Source: Terrimicrobiaceae bacterium
GTDB taxonomy: Bacteria > Verrucomicrobiota > Verrucomicrobiia > Chthoniobacterales > Terrimicrobiaceae
Length of the DNA: 47,667 nucleotides
Assembly: GCA_044342325.1 (NCBI GenBank)
Contig: JBIIPZ010000025.1
Span: 1 to 47,667, forward strand
Direction: 5' to 3'
The notes beneath the pieces were generated by a model. The model saw nothing but the letters and a program-made list of their open reading frames with translations. It was not told the DNA's origin and searched no databases. Within the stretch, counting starts at the first letter, position 1. Every line of letters begins with the position of its first letter. A program made the position numbers and the translations under genes. Positions 18,401 to 28,528 of the stretch are shown one piece after another.

Positions 18401-18838
18401 GGTAATCGAAAATTCATCCAGCAAAAAGGCTGGAGCTGTGAGCAAATAATGCCCGGAGCCGCCAGGAAGACGGATCTCGTGAAAACGAATCAGTGGAATG
18501 GCGATTGGCTCGAAATCAGCCAGAGCATCTGCAGCGAGGAGGTCATTCCATTTCGAGGGGATTTCCTCTGGGGGAACGCTCTGCCAATCGAGAGAGATCC
18601 AGTGTGGTTCGGCTTTGTCCGCCTCGCGCACCATGACGCCTTCCAGTGTTTTTGTGAAGGCTGAGCGAAGGATGGGATGCCGCTGGATGACGACTTGCCA
18701 TGCCTGACGGAGAAAATCCGAATTCGTGCTTTCACCAAAACTGATCGAGACTTGAGTATGGGCACCCGGAGCGCAAGGCGCGCTCTGGTAGCGGTGGTAA
18801 GCCGCAGCCTGCATGGGATTGGCCGGGTATTGCCTCAT
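15470..18838 (-). CDS. NRPS-like protein (condensation, adenylation and thioesterase folds; no carrier domain; catalytic motifs degenerate)
   Basis: C fold: RHPILRSAF, GFFQNWLPV. A fold: MTYAELDALSDKLA (A1), AWKAG (A2). TE fold: LVLVHPADG, SIESAAAQY, GFGFGAIVALEMARQL. Confidence 0.8.
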   Translation of the reverse strand: MRQYPANPMQAAAYHRYQSAPCAPGAHTQVSISFGESTNSDFLRQAWQVVIQRHPILRSAFTKTLEGVMVREADKAEPHWISLDWQSVPPEEIPSKWNDLLAADALADFEPIAIPLIRFHEIRLPGGSGHYLLTAPAFLLDEFSITRVLLDLLLTLGQAPLSPVGNLPEYLKPKGWTDFLKNAEAPLRLEPRFGNGEQVRASLLLNRDKTSAFSKFCLDHDLEESLALRCLWSLLLRRFGASGNVMLTLFDARGESTEAGFFQNWLPVVHSWNESVGDWLDAEQALTDAMSENIWIEGDEALRSAGLDFTQQDTPVTFAWRGSSINDIIHTALPRWINFDAQLQQTTLQGLVLEARPGPRLELSLTGSFGSEAVLKDFLSRLIEIIGSLSENLAKPVNRMPILLPDEILQLREWSRGPEIRQQPASIVEAFRKVVQRDSGAVAVKFGDYEMTYAELDALSDKLAAHLAQTGLAGGWHAALFLSPSAWISVAMLGAWKAGNSCLAIDPTAPADWVESTLAAHDVALVFCDGASSAAIDAGTRRRITIDQDWETLEPAPAEPRNIGPDELAATMPGHSDGAPPMVRALTHSMLVSSALEGARVLDFQPGHSFLVRSMPGGGAFFDEWLIPLLSGGTAYVAGYDMVDSAAAPVTHLRLTTPEWANQAADWGHEGEPCSPSVRCVAVEVGSPLFSAASIWQKQTTHPLRQVVFFSPASLCGLGLAGIVRKNTLRLSVGKPSAECEAVIADADGLEVPPGYVGRLSLKFPGWKNLPDAGGRLGLDTGLNAWRDWDGDVYLESGSRKVLGIPSAAQAQSARDVLPQVLDFFVGAQAIYALADNPVSGAVCVKQWLLNRAGWVDESALPQPVQSTSTPPAAQVAKALQAAPAAKRPVQSAWTPLVEMCPRSIGSTLVLVHPADGFTDSYSDLLGALGNSRRVIGIAARGALNPEACHPSIESAAAQYIAALFEDAPLQDFQLAGFGFGAIVALEMARQLQAAGRSLPRVVLIGSLPPHTDKPRGWLDSMKKALKRSAPISRMEPQPASTAVAARHESILKNYRFPVCDIPATIILPADLSESTNAWQEILPSAAVEITRSSWAEMLSTPAVKRIASILNTAENNETQSF

Positions 18839-18851
18839 GGTCTATCGGGAT

Positions 18852-20546
18852 TTACAGCCCGCCGTCGGTGACGGCGCCTTCGGATGCGGTGGAGACGAGC
18901 TTGGCGTATTTTGCGAGGACACCACGATCGTAGCGTGGTTTCGGCTTCTTCCACTTTGCCAAGCGAGCAGCAATTTCCTTCGCTGGGATATCGAGAGTGA
19001 GCGAGTGCTTCACGCCATCGATCGTAATCGGGTCGCCATTTTTCACAATGGCCAGCGCGCCGCCATCAAACGCCTCGGGAGTGATGTGCCCGACGACGAA
19101 TCCGTGGGTGCCTCCTGAAAAGCGACCATCTGTGATGAGGGCGACATCCTTGCCCAGGCCGGCTCCCATGACGGCGCTGGTGGGCGAGAGCATTTCGCGC
19201 ATACCAGGACCGCCACGAGGCCCTTCATAGCGGATCACAATGACATCACCCTTCTTGATTTTGTTGGCGAGGATGGCTTCGAGGGCCTTTTCTTCGGATT
19301 CAAAAACCCGCGCGCTGCCGCTAAATTTTTCGCCTTCCTTGCCGCTAATTTTGGCGACGGCACCTTCGGAGGCGAGGTTGCCCTTGAGAATCACGAGATG
19401 GCTGTCTTTTTTGATCGGATTCTTGATGGGGCGGATGATCTCCTGCCCTTTCGGATAGGGCTTAAAGGCAGCGAGGTTTTGCTTGAGCGTCTTGCCAGTG
19501 ACCGTGAGGCAGTCACCATGGAGCAATCCCTCCGCAAGCAGGGTCTTCATCATTGGCACAATGCCGCCGATGGAGACCAATTCGGACATCAGAAAACGGC
19601 CACTTGGCTTAAGATCGGCCAGAACCGGCACTCGACGGCCAATGCGGGTGAAGTCCTCGAGCGTGAGCTTGATTTTCGCCGTGTGTGCGATGGCAAGCAG
19701 ATGCATCACGGCGTTTGTGGATCCACCGAGGGCGATGATGACCGTGATGGCGTTTTCGAGGGCCTCTTTGGAGATGATATCCGAGGGCAGGATGCCGCGC
19801 TTGAGCATGTTCAGGACTGTGGCGCCGGCGTTCCGGCAATCCGCGTTCTTCTGAGGCGAAACGGCGTTTTGGGCCGAGCTGTTTGGAAGGCTGAAGCCCA
19901 TCGCCTCGATCGCGGAGGCCATGGTATTGGCTGTATACATTCCGCCGCAGGATCCTGGGCCGGGGATGGCATTGGACTCCACATCGTGCAGTTCCTTTTT
20001 GGTGATTTTATTGGCGGCGCACTGACCGACGGCTTCGAAGACAGAGACGACATCCAGTTGTCGTTTGGAGAGGCAACCGGGCAGGATTGTTCCGCCGTAA
20101 ACAAAGACAGCCGCACGGTTCATGCGAACGATCGACATAATGCATGCCGGCATATTTTTGTCGCAGCCGCCGATGGCTACAAATCCGTCAAAGCCCTGAC
20201 ATCCCACGACCGTCTCGATGGAATCAGCGATGACCTCGCGCGAGACGAGCGAGTATTTCATCCCTTCGGTGCCCATCGAGATACCGTCCGAGATCGTGAT
20301 GGTGTTGAAAATCGTTCCCTTGCCCCCCGCTGCATCGACTCCCAGTGCGGCTTCGCGGGCGAGTTGGTCGATATGCATATTGCAGGGGGTGACCATGCTC
20401 CATGTCGAAGCGATGCCGATCTGGGGTTTCGAAAAATCACTCTCTTTGTATCCGACGGGGTAGAGCATGGCACGGCTCGGCGCCCGGTTAAGACCATCGA
20501 AAACGGCTGAGGAATACGGGCGCATGTTGGGTTGGGACTTTGGCAT
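18852..20546 (-). CDS. ilvD: Dihydroxy-acid dehydratase
   Basis: [44 protein letters not shown]. Confidence 0.97.
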   Translation of the reverse strand: MPKSQPNMRPYSSAVFDGLNRAPSRAMLYPVGYKESDFSKPQIGIASTWSMVTPCNMHIDQLAREAALGVDAAGGKGTIFNTITISDGISMGTEGMKYSLVSREVIADSIETVVGCQGFDGFVAIGGCDKNMPACIMSIVRMNRAAVFVYGGTILPGCLSKRQLDVVSVFEAVGQCAANKITKKELHDVESNAIPGPGSCGGMYTANTMASAIEAMGFSLPNSSAQNAVSPQKNADCRNAGATVLNMLKRGILPSDIISKEALENAITVIIALGGSTNAVMHLLAIAHTAKIKLTLEDFTRIGRRVPVLADLKPSGRFLMSELVSIGGIVPMMKTLLAEGLLHGDCLTVTGKTLKQNLAAFKPYPKGQEIIRPIKNPIKKDSHLVILKGNLASEGAVAKISGKEGEKFSGSARVFESEEKALEAILANKIKKGDVIVIRYEGPRGGPGMREMLSPTSAVMGAGLGKDVALITDGRFSGGTHGFVVGHITPEAFDGGALAIVKNGDPITIDGVKHSLTLDIPAKEIAARLAKWKKPKPRYDRGVLAKYAKLVSTASEGAVTDGGL

Positions 20547-20678
20547 GGTGAAGATATGAGGCCTGAATTATTCCGAGTCCCATTAGGGAAGAAAAGGCAT
20601 TTTCACCAGCCACTGGTGAACAAAAAACTCTCCACACTTTACAAGCCCCCTTGCAGCCGAGGATTCTGGGTTCCTCAA

Positions 20679-21455
20679 ATGACAATTCTCGATCGTCTCG
20701 AAAAATCACTCGGCCGCTTTGCGATTCCCGGCCTCATCCGCTATGTCGTAGCATTGAACGCGCTGGTCTTCATCCTGCTGACGCTTCAACCGGACTACAT
20801 TCAAGCACTCCAACTCGATCCCATCGCTTTTAAAAACGGCGAAGTCTGGCGTGCGGTCACATGGATTTTTATTCCGGAGACGATGAGCTTCTTCTGGATT
20901 CTCTTTTACCTGATTTTCACCTGGTGGCTTGGCGACATGCTGGAGGAAAGCTGGGGAGCCTTCCGCTTGAACGCCTATTATTTTATCGGGATGGCGTTCT
21001 GCATCGTTTCGGCGCTTCTTTTCGGGGCCGCAGGCGGCAACTTTTTTCTGAACCTCTCACTGTTTCTGGCCGCGGCAACACTGGCACCGAATTTCGAGAT
21101 CATGCTGTTTATGATCATCCCAGTAAAAATGAAGTGGGTTGCCTTGTTCAGCCTGATCGTTCCAGCCGGATACCTACTCTTCGGACCATTAGACATGAAA
21201 ATGATGGTCGTCATGTGCCTGGGTAACTATCTGCTGTTTTTCGCTCCGGCATTCCTGAAAAACCGCGCTGAGTCCGTGCGAACTGGCGAGCGCCGCAAGC
21301 GGTTTGAAAAGTCGCTCCACAGCGAGCAAACGATCCACAGCTGCGAAGTGTGCAAAATCACCGAGGTCTCCAATCCTGATGCCGATTTCCGCGTCTCGGC
21401 GGATGGCAAGGAATACTGCACCGAGCACCTGCCCTCCCGCACCAAGCAAGTGTGA
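20679..21455 (+). CDS. Rhomboid/derlin-like membrane protein with C-terminal Cys/His zinc-finger-like tail
   Basis: GEVWRAVTWIF, several TM helices, CEVC...YCTEH; start taken as ATG 20679. Confidence 0.7.
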   Translation: MTILDRLEKSLGRFAIPGLIRYVVALNALVFILLTLQPDYIQALQLDPIAFKNGEVWRAVTWIFIPETMSFFWILFYLIFTWWLGDMLEESWGAFRLNAYYFIGMAFCIVSALLFGAAGGNFFLNLSLFLAAATLAPNFEIMLFMIIPVKMKWVALFSLIVPAGYLLFGPLDMKMMVVMCLGNYLLFFAPAFLKNRAESVRTGERRKRFEKSLHSEQTIHSCEVCKITEVSNPDADFRVSADGKEYCTEHLPSRTKQV

Positions 21456-21461
21456 GATGGG

Positions 21462-22250
21462 TCAAATTCCCGCCACAAGAGCGGGAATTTCATGCAAGCC
21501 GCGAATGGTGTGGTGAGGCTTTACCGCCGCGTGTTCCTCGGAGCCCGGCACCTGCAACCAGACTGCGGCAGCGAGTTGGGCATTGAGCGCTCCGGCAATG
21601 TCGCGCTCCAGGCTGTTGCCCACCATCACGGCGCGGTCCGCCGAGACGCCAAGCTCACCGAGCAGGATCTGAAAAATTTCAGCACGCGGTTTACCGATGC
21701 CATGTTCACCGGAGACCGCAATCGCATCGAAGTAGCCAACGAGTCCTGATGCTGCGATTTTTTCCCGCTGCAAATCCGGCGCTCCATTTGTGAGGAGGGC
21801 GATCTTGTGGGATTTCTTGAGGCGAACCAGGGTCTCTACAGCGTCCGGCATGAGACGAGCCAACTGGCGCCGTTGGGAACTGAAGTGAGCTGCGAGTTTT
21901 TCGGCAGCGTCGTCATCCGATACATTCTGCGCTCGGAGAACCGCACTGAAGACGGCCACGCGGTAGGTCTGCGACCAGTCGCGCAGCTTGATCAACTCAG
22001 GATTGTCGCCTTCAAAGTGTCCCCAAAGGCATTCATGAAAACTGATGCCGATGGATTTCACATAGTCGTAGCAAGGCCCCTGCCGCCAGAGCTCAGAGCC
22101 ATACTTTTTGGCATCTGCCAGAAAAGCCGAGGTCTCGATACCGGCAAGTTTGGAAGCCAGTTGAGCCGTAGAGGCCAGAGCCTCCTTGGAAACCGCCTCG
22201 TCAACAATCAGTGTGTCATCCAGATCAAAAAGAATCGCATCAACAACCAT
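21462..22250 (-). CDS. HAD-superfamily hydrolase
   Basis: FDLDDTL, LTNG, KPRAEIF, MVGNSLERDI; start ATG 22250. Confidence 0.88.
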   Translation of the reverse strand: MVVDAILFDLDDTLIVDEAVSKEALASTAQLASKLAGIETSAFLADAKKYGSELWRQGPCYDYVKSIGISFHECLWGHFEGDNPELIKLRDWSQTYRVAVFSAVLRAQNVSDDDAAEKLAAHFSSQRRQLARLMPDAVETLVRLKKSHKIALLTNGAPDLQREKIAASGLVGYFDAIAVSGEHGIGKPRAEIFQILLGELGVSADRAVMVGNSLERDIAGALNAQLAAAVWLQVPGSEEHAAVKPHHTIRGLHEIPALVAGI

Positions 22251-22329
22251 ATTCCCTACCCCATTCCACACTCGAAGGGTCTCTGTCGATACTGGAAACT
22301 TTTTTTCGACAGGCAGCGGTCAGACAGAA

Positions 22330-22929
<600 letters not shown>

Positions 22930-22935
22930 ATCCGG

Positions 22936-23820
22936 TCAATCAATGAACCGGCGAGTGATGTCTCCGTAGCTCTCGATGCGGCGATCGCGCAGGAATGGCC
23001 AGTGGGTGCGTTGGGTGTCCACGCTCTCGAGATCGACCTCCACCACGAGCACTTCGTCCTTGTCGCAAGAAGCCTTGGCAATGATCTCCCCCGAGGGGTC
23101 TGCGGCGAAACTTTGTCCCCAGAATTCGATGCCGTCGCCACCATCCGGAGCCTCATGTCCCACGCGGTTTGGAGCGAAGACATAGCATCCGTTGGCTATG
23201 GCGTGGCCGCGTTGAACGGTCTCCCAGGAAGAATGCTGGCGGCGGCCGTATTTGTCTTTTTCCTTCGGATGCCAACCGATCGCGGTGGGATAGAAAAGAA
23301 TCTGAGCTCCTTGAAGTGCAGTAAGCCGTGCGGCCTCGGGATACCATTGGTCCCAGCAAACGCAGACGCCTATGCGGCTAAAACGCGTATCCCAAGCGCG
23401 GAATCCGAGATCTCCGGGTGTGAAATAGAATTTTTCGTAAAAGAGAGGATCATCCGGAATGTGCATCTTCCGGTATTTCCCGAGAAAAGATCCATCCGCA
23501 TCAATAATGGCAGCGGTGTTGTGATAAAGACCGGGCGCGCGGCGCTCGAAGAGGGAGGCGATAATAACGACACCGAGTTCCTTGGCGAGTTCTTGAAAAG
23601 TTGTGGTTGCTGGTCCGGGAATCGGCTTCGCCAGGTCGAAATATTTGTGATCCTCGATCTGGCAGAAATAGACCGATTGGAAAAGCTCCTGCAGGCAGAC
23701 GATGTTCGCACCCTTGGCGGCAGCCTCGCGCACACCCCGGATGGCGGCGGCGGTGTTGGCTTCGACATCGAGCGAGCAGGCATTTTGGACGAGTCCGACT
23801 TTGATTCGGGAATTTGGCAT
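22936..23820 (-). CDS. Carbon-nitrogen hydrolase, probable N-carbamoylputrescine amidase (AguB-like)
   Basis: LQELF, YRKMHIPDDP, CWDQWYPE (Glu-Lys-Cys triad), RDRR; start ATG 23820. Confidence 0.85.
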   Translation of the reverse strand: MPNSRIKVGLVQNACSLDVEANTAAAIRGVREAAAKGANIVCLQELFQSVYFCQIEDHKYFDLAKPIPGPATTTFQELAKELGVVIIASLFERRAPGLYHNTAAIIDADGSFLGKYRKMHIPDDPLFYEKFYFTPGDLGFRAWDTRFSRIGVCVCWDQWYPEAARLTALQGAQILFYPTAIGWHPKEKDKYGRRQHSSWETVQRGHAIANGCYVFAPNRVGHEAPDGGDGIEFWGQSFAADPSGEIIAKASCDKDEVLVVEVDLESVDTQRTHWPFLRDRRIESYGDITRRFID

Positions 23821-23931
23821 ACGTGAGTGGTATTTTTTTGAAGCGGGCGAGTAAAGGGCTCTGTGTGTCACATTTTTTTCCCACTTGGAAAATCGGCTTG
23901 CCTCAAAAATCCGCATTCCAGAGTATGAAGT

Positions 23932-25515
23932 ATGAAATCTTCATCACACGGGGCGCGCGGCGCCGGAGATTGGGATAGTCTTTTCTACAAAGCAGCTGAC
24001 GATTTCTTCCTTGGCTGCGAGGGCTTGGCCCTGACCTACGACGATGTGTCGCTTGCCACACTCTACAGCGAGATTCTGCCAAAGGACGCGAACTACGAAA
24101 CCCGGCTTGCCGATGGCTTGAATCTCCACTTGCCCGTGGTCTCGGCCGATATGGATACGGTCACCGAATCCCGCATGGCGATCGCCCTTGCGCTTCATGG
24201 TGGCCTTGGATTGATCCATTACAACATGCCGCCCAAGCAGCAACTCTCCGAGGTTTCTAGAGTCAAAAACCATGTCCACGGGTTGATTCGTGAACCCATC
24301 AAAGTCCATCCGGATCAAAAAATCGGGGATGTGTTGAATCTCATCGAAGAGAAAAAATTCACCTTCAGCACATTTCCCGTTGTCGATGAATCTGGGCGTC
24401 TGCTTGGTCTCCTGCCCGGGCACTGCGTTCGCGCACGCTTCGCATCACGGGTTGTGGGCGAGGCGATGGTTAAGAGGCCCTCGGTTCTAACGATTCGGGA
24501 AGACGAACTCGGCGGCGATCCGATTGCGCGGGCCGACCGGTTTTTCACCGACAATATCGGCATCCACAAACTGCTTGTTGTGGACAAGGACGACCACCTG
24601 AAGGGTCTCTTCACTCTGAGCGATATCGAGCGAATTTCGCAGGAGCGCTCACTCCAGACAAAACCGGCGAGGGATGCCAAATTCCGCCTCATCTGCGGTG
24701 CGGCAATCAGCCCGCCAAGACTTCCCGATGGCTCACTCGACAAGGATTCCCTTCTCAATCATGTCGGCGCGATGGTCGAACGCGGTCTGGATGCCGTGGC
24801 GGTCTCCACAGCCCACGGACACACTCGTGGGGTTGGTGAGGCAGTGAAGGCCATTCGTTCCGAGTTCGCCTCTTTGCCAATCATCGCCGGAAATGTCACG
24901 AGCGGCGCGGGTGTTCAGTTTCTGGCCGAGTGCGGCGCGAATACTATCAAGGTTGGACAAGGCCCCGGATCCATCTGCACGACACGCGTCGTCGCCGGCG
25001 TGGGCATCCCCCAACTCACCGCGCTCTATGTTTGTTCGAAGGCCGCCGAAAGTTGCGGGGTCACCATACTCGCCGATGGCGGCATCACCAAATCCGGTGA
25101 CATCGTGAAAGCCCTCACCCTCTCGCACGCAGTCATCTGCGGCAGCCTCTTGGCAGGCTGTCCCGAGGCTCCAGGCCAGATCATGGAAATCAACGGGAAA
25201 TTCTATAAACAATACCGCGGCATGGGCAGCCACGCCGCCATGAAGGCCGGCAGCGCAGCCCGCTACGGACACGGCAAGGACATCAACCGCAAATCCGCAG
25301 CGGAAGGCATCGAGGCACTGAAAGAGGTGTCCGCTCCTGCCGACACCGTTCTCGCCCAGCTCGCCGGAGGCCTCCAAAGCGGCATGGGCTACCTGGGAGC
25401 TGCAAACCTTTCGCAACTCCGTGCCAACGCCCGCTACACCCGCATTACGACATCCGGACTGCGCGAGAGTGCGCCGCACGATGTGATCGAGGTCAAGACC
25501 GGCAACGCACTCTGA
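23932..25515 (+). CDS. guaB: IMP dehydrogenase (with CBS domains)
   Basis: [29 protein letters not shown]. Confidence 0.95.
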   Translation: MKSSSHGARGAGDWDSLFYKAADDFFLGCEGLALTYDDVSLATLYSEILPKDANYETRLADGLNLHLPVVSADMDTVTESRMAIALALHGGLGLIHYNMPPKQQLSEVSRVKNHVHGLIREPIKVHPDQKIGDVLNLIEEKKFTFSTFPVVDESGRLLGLLPGHCVRARFASRVVGEAMVKRPSVLTIREDELGGDPIARADRFFTDNIGIHKLLVVDKDDHLKGLFTLSDIERISQERSLQTKPARDAKFRLICGAAISPPRLPDGSLDKDSLLNHVGAMVERGLDAVAVSTAHGHTRGVGEAVKAIRSEFASLPIIAGNVTSGAGVQFLAECGANTIKVGQGPGSICTTRVVAGVGIPQLTALYVCSKAAESCGVTILADGGITKSGDIVKALTLSHAVICGSLLAGCPEAPGQIMEINGKFYKQYRGMGSHAAMKAGSAARYGHGKDINRKSAAEGIEALKEVSAPADTVLAQLAGGLQSGMGYLGAANLSQLRANARYTRITTSGLRESAPHDVIEVKTGNAL

Positions 25516-25522
25516 GCGTCCC

Positions 25523-27448
25523 CTACTCCGCCTGCTTCGGAAACATCTCCGAAATCAGGTGGGCGTAGCGATCCGTGATGACATGCCGCTTGAGCTTAAA
25601 GGTATTGGTCATTTCATCACCGACTTCGAAGGCTTTTGGGACGAAGCGCCAGGCAATAATGCGCTCGAAGGATTTGAAGCCGTTTGAGTGGTTGATGAGG
25701 TTACGAATCTCCTCGTCGATCAGGTGGCCAACCTTCGGATTGGCAGCCAGTTCGGCTGCGGTGGTCTCGGTGAATCCAGCCTGACGGAAATGCTCAAAAG
25801 AAGGCACAATCAAAGCAGCAAGCGCTTTTTGATCCTGTCCGACAACCATGCACTGATCGATGAATGAAGACTCCACCAGTCGCGCCTCGATCGGCACGGG
25901 CTCGATGTTCTCGCCGTTGAGCAGCACGATGGTGTCCTTCGACCTGCCGAGAATTTTCAGGCAACCATTGAAGGTCACCATTCCGATGTCCCCCGTGTTC
26001 ATCCATCCATCGCGCAACACGCGGGCCGTTCCCTCTGGGTTCTTGTAGTAGCCACGCATGACTTGCGGACCCTTCACATGAATCTCGCCGCGCATGCCAC
26101 GCCCGCCGCCGGAGCGTCTGGAGTCGGGATAGAGAATTTCGCCGCTCTGAAGGTCGATGATCCGGACCTCGGTATGCGGATATGGTTCGCCAACCGTCCC
26201 GATCACGAGATTGCTCCAAGTCCGCACAGCAAGCACCGGGGAGGTTTCCGTCATTCCATATCCCTCCAGCACTGGGATGCCGATGAAGTTGAAAAACTCA
26301 TCGACATGCGGCTGCAGAGCTCCGCCGCCGGAGATGGTCCCCCGGAACTCCCCGCCGACGATGGCGCGGAGTTTTTTCAGAACGATGCCATCGAGGAGCC
26401 TTGCTGGACCGATGGATGCAAACCAGAGCAGCGAGTGTTTGAAGGCCAGCTTGAGGCTTTGTAAAGGCACGCGCCCGTGCTCATCGAGTTGCTGGCCTTT
26501 GAAAAAACGCTCCGCTCGTTTGACATTGCGGGTGGCGGCGTAGGCCAGATGAAAGAGTTTCTGTCGAATCGGCGGCGCGGATTTCACATTCGACAGGATT
26601 TTGAGATAGAGGTTCTCCCAGAGTCGCGGAGCGGAGGCCATGACGGTGGGGCGAACCGTTTTCAAATCCTCCGCCAATCCGCGCAGCGAGGTGTAGTAGG
26701 TGCCAACGCCGCGGGAGATCGAGAGCATTTCAAAAGCACGCTCGTAGCTGTGCCAGACCGGCAGGATCGACAGCGCGCGGTCACCCGGTCGCAGGGCGAG
26801 CGGGAGGTTTTCGATCTGGGAGCACATATTGGCGTGGGTGAGCTGCACCCCCTTCGGAGTGCCAGTGGTTCCCGAAGTGTAGATGATGGTGCAAAGGTCC
26901 TCCGGCAGCACGGCGCGTGCGCGTTCCTGCGCGGAGCGATCGCCCGCTTGGCGTTTGTGCGCCCCATCGGCGGTCAGCTGATCCAGACGATAAACACCCT
27001 CCGCCGCCGGAATCTCTTCGGGCTCCATCACAATGATTCCCTGCAAGTGGGGCAATTGCGGGCGGCAATGTTGGACACGAGCCAGCATGGCCTTGTTCTC
27101 AACAAATACAAAACGGGCGTCGGAATGCGTGAGAATGTAGATCAACTCGGCATCCGTGATATCGGTGCCGCGAGGCACATCGGCGGCTCCGGCGAGAAGA
27201 ATAGCATAGTCGGAAAGAATCCACTCTAGGCGGTTGTCGGAGAGGAGTCCGACATGCTCGCGCGGCTCTACTCCCAGGCCGATGAGGGATGTCGCCAGAT
27301 CGAGGCCGCGCTCGTAGGTTTCGCGAAAGCTGAGCGGAACGAAGGCGCCCGACTTATCTTTCCTGCAAAACCCAGGAAGCCCGTCGTAGCGAAGGGCGGC
27401 ATTCGAGTAGACCTCGCAAAGAGTGGATCCGTATTTGAAATCAGGCAT
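25523..27448 (-). CDS. Long-chain fatty acid-CoA ligase (AMP-binding, FadD15-like)
   Basis: YTSGTTGTPKG, EGYGMTET, TGDIG, GRSKD, GENIEP, KLKR. Confidence 0.88.
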   Translation of the reverse strand: MPDFKYGSTLCEVYSNAALRYDGLPGFCRKDKSGAFVPLSFRETYERGLDLATSLIGLGVEPREHVGLLSDNRLEWILSDYAILLAGAADVPRGTDITDAELIYILTHSDARFVFVENKAMLARVQHCRPQLPHLQGIIVMEPEEIPAAEGVYRLDQLTADGAHKRQAGDRSAQERARAVLPEDLCTIIYTSGTTGTPKGVQLTHANMCSQIENLPLALRPGDRALSILPVWHSYERAFEMLSISRGVGTYYTSLRGLAEDLKTVRPTVMASAPRLWENLYLKILSNVKSAPPIRQKLFHLAYAATRNVKRAERFFKGQQLDEHGRVPLQSLKLAFKHSLLWFASIGPARLLDGIVLKKLRAIVGGEFRGTISGGGALQPHVDEFFNFIGIPVLEGYGMTETSPVLAVRTWSNLVIGTVGEPYPHTEVRIIDLQSGEILYPDSRRSGGGRGMRGEIHVKGPQVMRGYYKNPEGTARVLRDGWMNTGDIGMVTFNGCLKILGRSKDTIVLLNGENIEPVPIEARLVESSFIDQCMVVGQDQKALAALIVPSFEHFRQAGFTETTAAELAANPKVGHLIDEEIRNLINHSNGFKSFERIIAWRFVPKAFEVGDEMTNTFKLKRHVITDRYAHLISEMFPKQAE

Positions 27449-27487
27449 AAGAGGGAATTTAGCTTTTAATAGGTGAACTCGGGTAAA

Positions 27488-28528
27488 TCAGCGCGCGTTG
27501 GGTTGAGCGATGAGTTTTCTTATCAATGGTTCATAGGAGTTCCGTGCATTCACTGCACGAAGAACTCCCTTCTGATCGAAAACAAAAACCGTCGGCAGCG
27601 CATTGATTCCAAGCTCCCTCACGAGCGGACTTGACCATCCCTTGCCATCGCACGCCGTCGGCCAATCGGGGAGGGAGACGTCTTTCAGCAATGTGGGGAC
27701 CTGCGTGGGATTTTTATCCAGATTGACCGTTGCCACTTCGATACGGTCGGCGGGCAAGTTTACCAATGCCCGCCGGAAGTCCTCCATCCAAAGAAGACTC
27801 GGAGCGGCTTCAGCGGACCAAAACACCAACACAACAATCCGCCCCCGCTGTTTGGCGATATTGAAGACTCCTCCTTGAACGGTCGGAAATTTTAGAGCGA
27901 GCGGCTTATCAAGCAGGTTCAGTCTGCGAAGATCATCCTCGATGCGGCGATTCAACGCCTCCTCTTTGGAGGCTTGGAGGGCCTCGTCCAAAAGTTGGCG
28001 TTTAAGCGGGGGATCGTTATCACAAATGGTGGCCACCTCGACCAGAAGGCGCGGCGCCCGGCGGTCACCCGGATAACGAATCGAGTAGTTTCGCGCCGCC
28101 GCCACAAGATCGCGACGGCGATCGGATTCCTGCCCCTTCAGGCTCTGCATGAAGAGCGACACACGGCGGAATCCCGCCTCGGCCCGTTGCGAGAGGGTTG
28201 CTGATTTATCCCTCTCAAGAGCCTGCAGGCTTCGCATCGATTCATCCAGAAGACTCTGCCTTTCTTCCATTTTCCCAACTGCGGCTTGAATGGCAGCGAG
28301 TCTCAAGCGGGCATCGAATGCACGCGAATCGTTTGGATTTTCTTTGAGGAACTTCTCGATCAGCGCGGAGTGGCGGACGAAATGAGCCTTCGCCAAGTCA
28401 CGCGCCTCCTCCATGTTCGCTGGCTTGCGCGTCGGCCCGGCATCCATCGAAACAATCACGGCCCAGTCCTCCTCGGCACCAGCGAAAAGAGAGGAAACAG
28501 CGAGCAGAAAAAGGAGAATTATTTTCAT
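27488..28528 (-). CDS. Secreted helical protein with C-terminal TlpA/redoxin-like fold lacking CxxC
   Basis: Signal peptide MKIILLFLLAVSSLFA; RGRIVVLVFWSAEAAPS; GINALPTVFVFDQKGVLR; start ATG 28528. Confidence 0.8.
   Translation of the reverse strand: MKIILLFLLAVSSLFAGAEEDWAVIVSMDAGPTRKPANMEEARDLAKAHFVRHSALIEKFLKENPNDSRAFDARLRLAAIQAAVGKMEERQSLLDESMRSLQALERDKSATLSQRAEAGFRRVSLFMQSLKGQESDRRRDLVAAARNYSIRYPGDRRAPRLLVEVATICDNDPPLKRQLLDEALQASKEEALNRRIEDDLRRLNLLDKPLALKFPTVQGGVFNIAKQRGRIVVLVFWSAEAAPSLLWMEDFRRALVNLPADRIEVATVNLDKNPTQVPTLLKDVSLPDWPTACDGKGWSSPLVRELGINALPTVFVFDQKGVLRAVNARNSYEPLIRKLIAQPNAR

Noticed and set aside
15470..18838. Functional NRPS biosynthetic gene cluster
   Set aside because: No carrier domain, catalytic motifs are lost, and there are no PPTase, tailoring or transporter genes adjacent.
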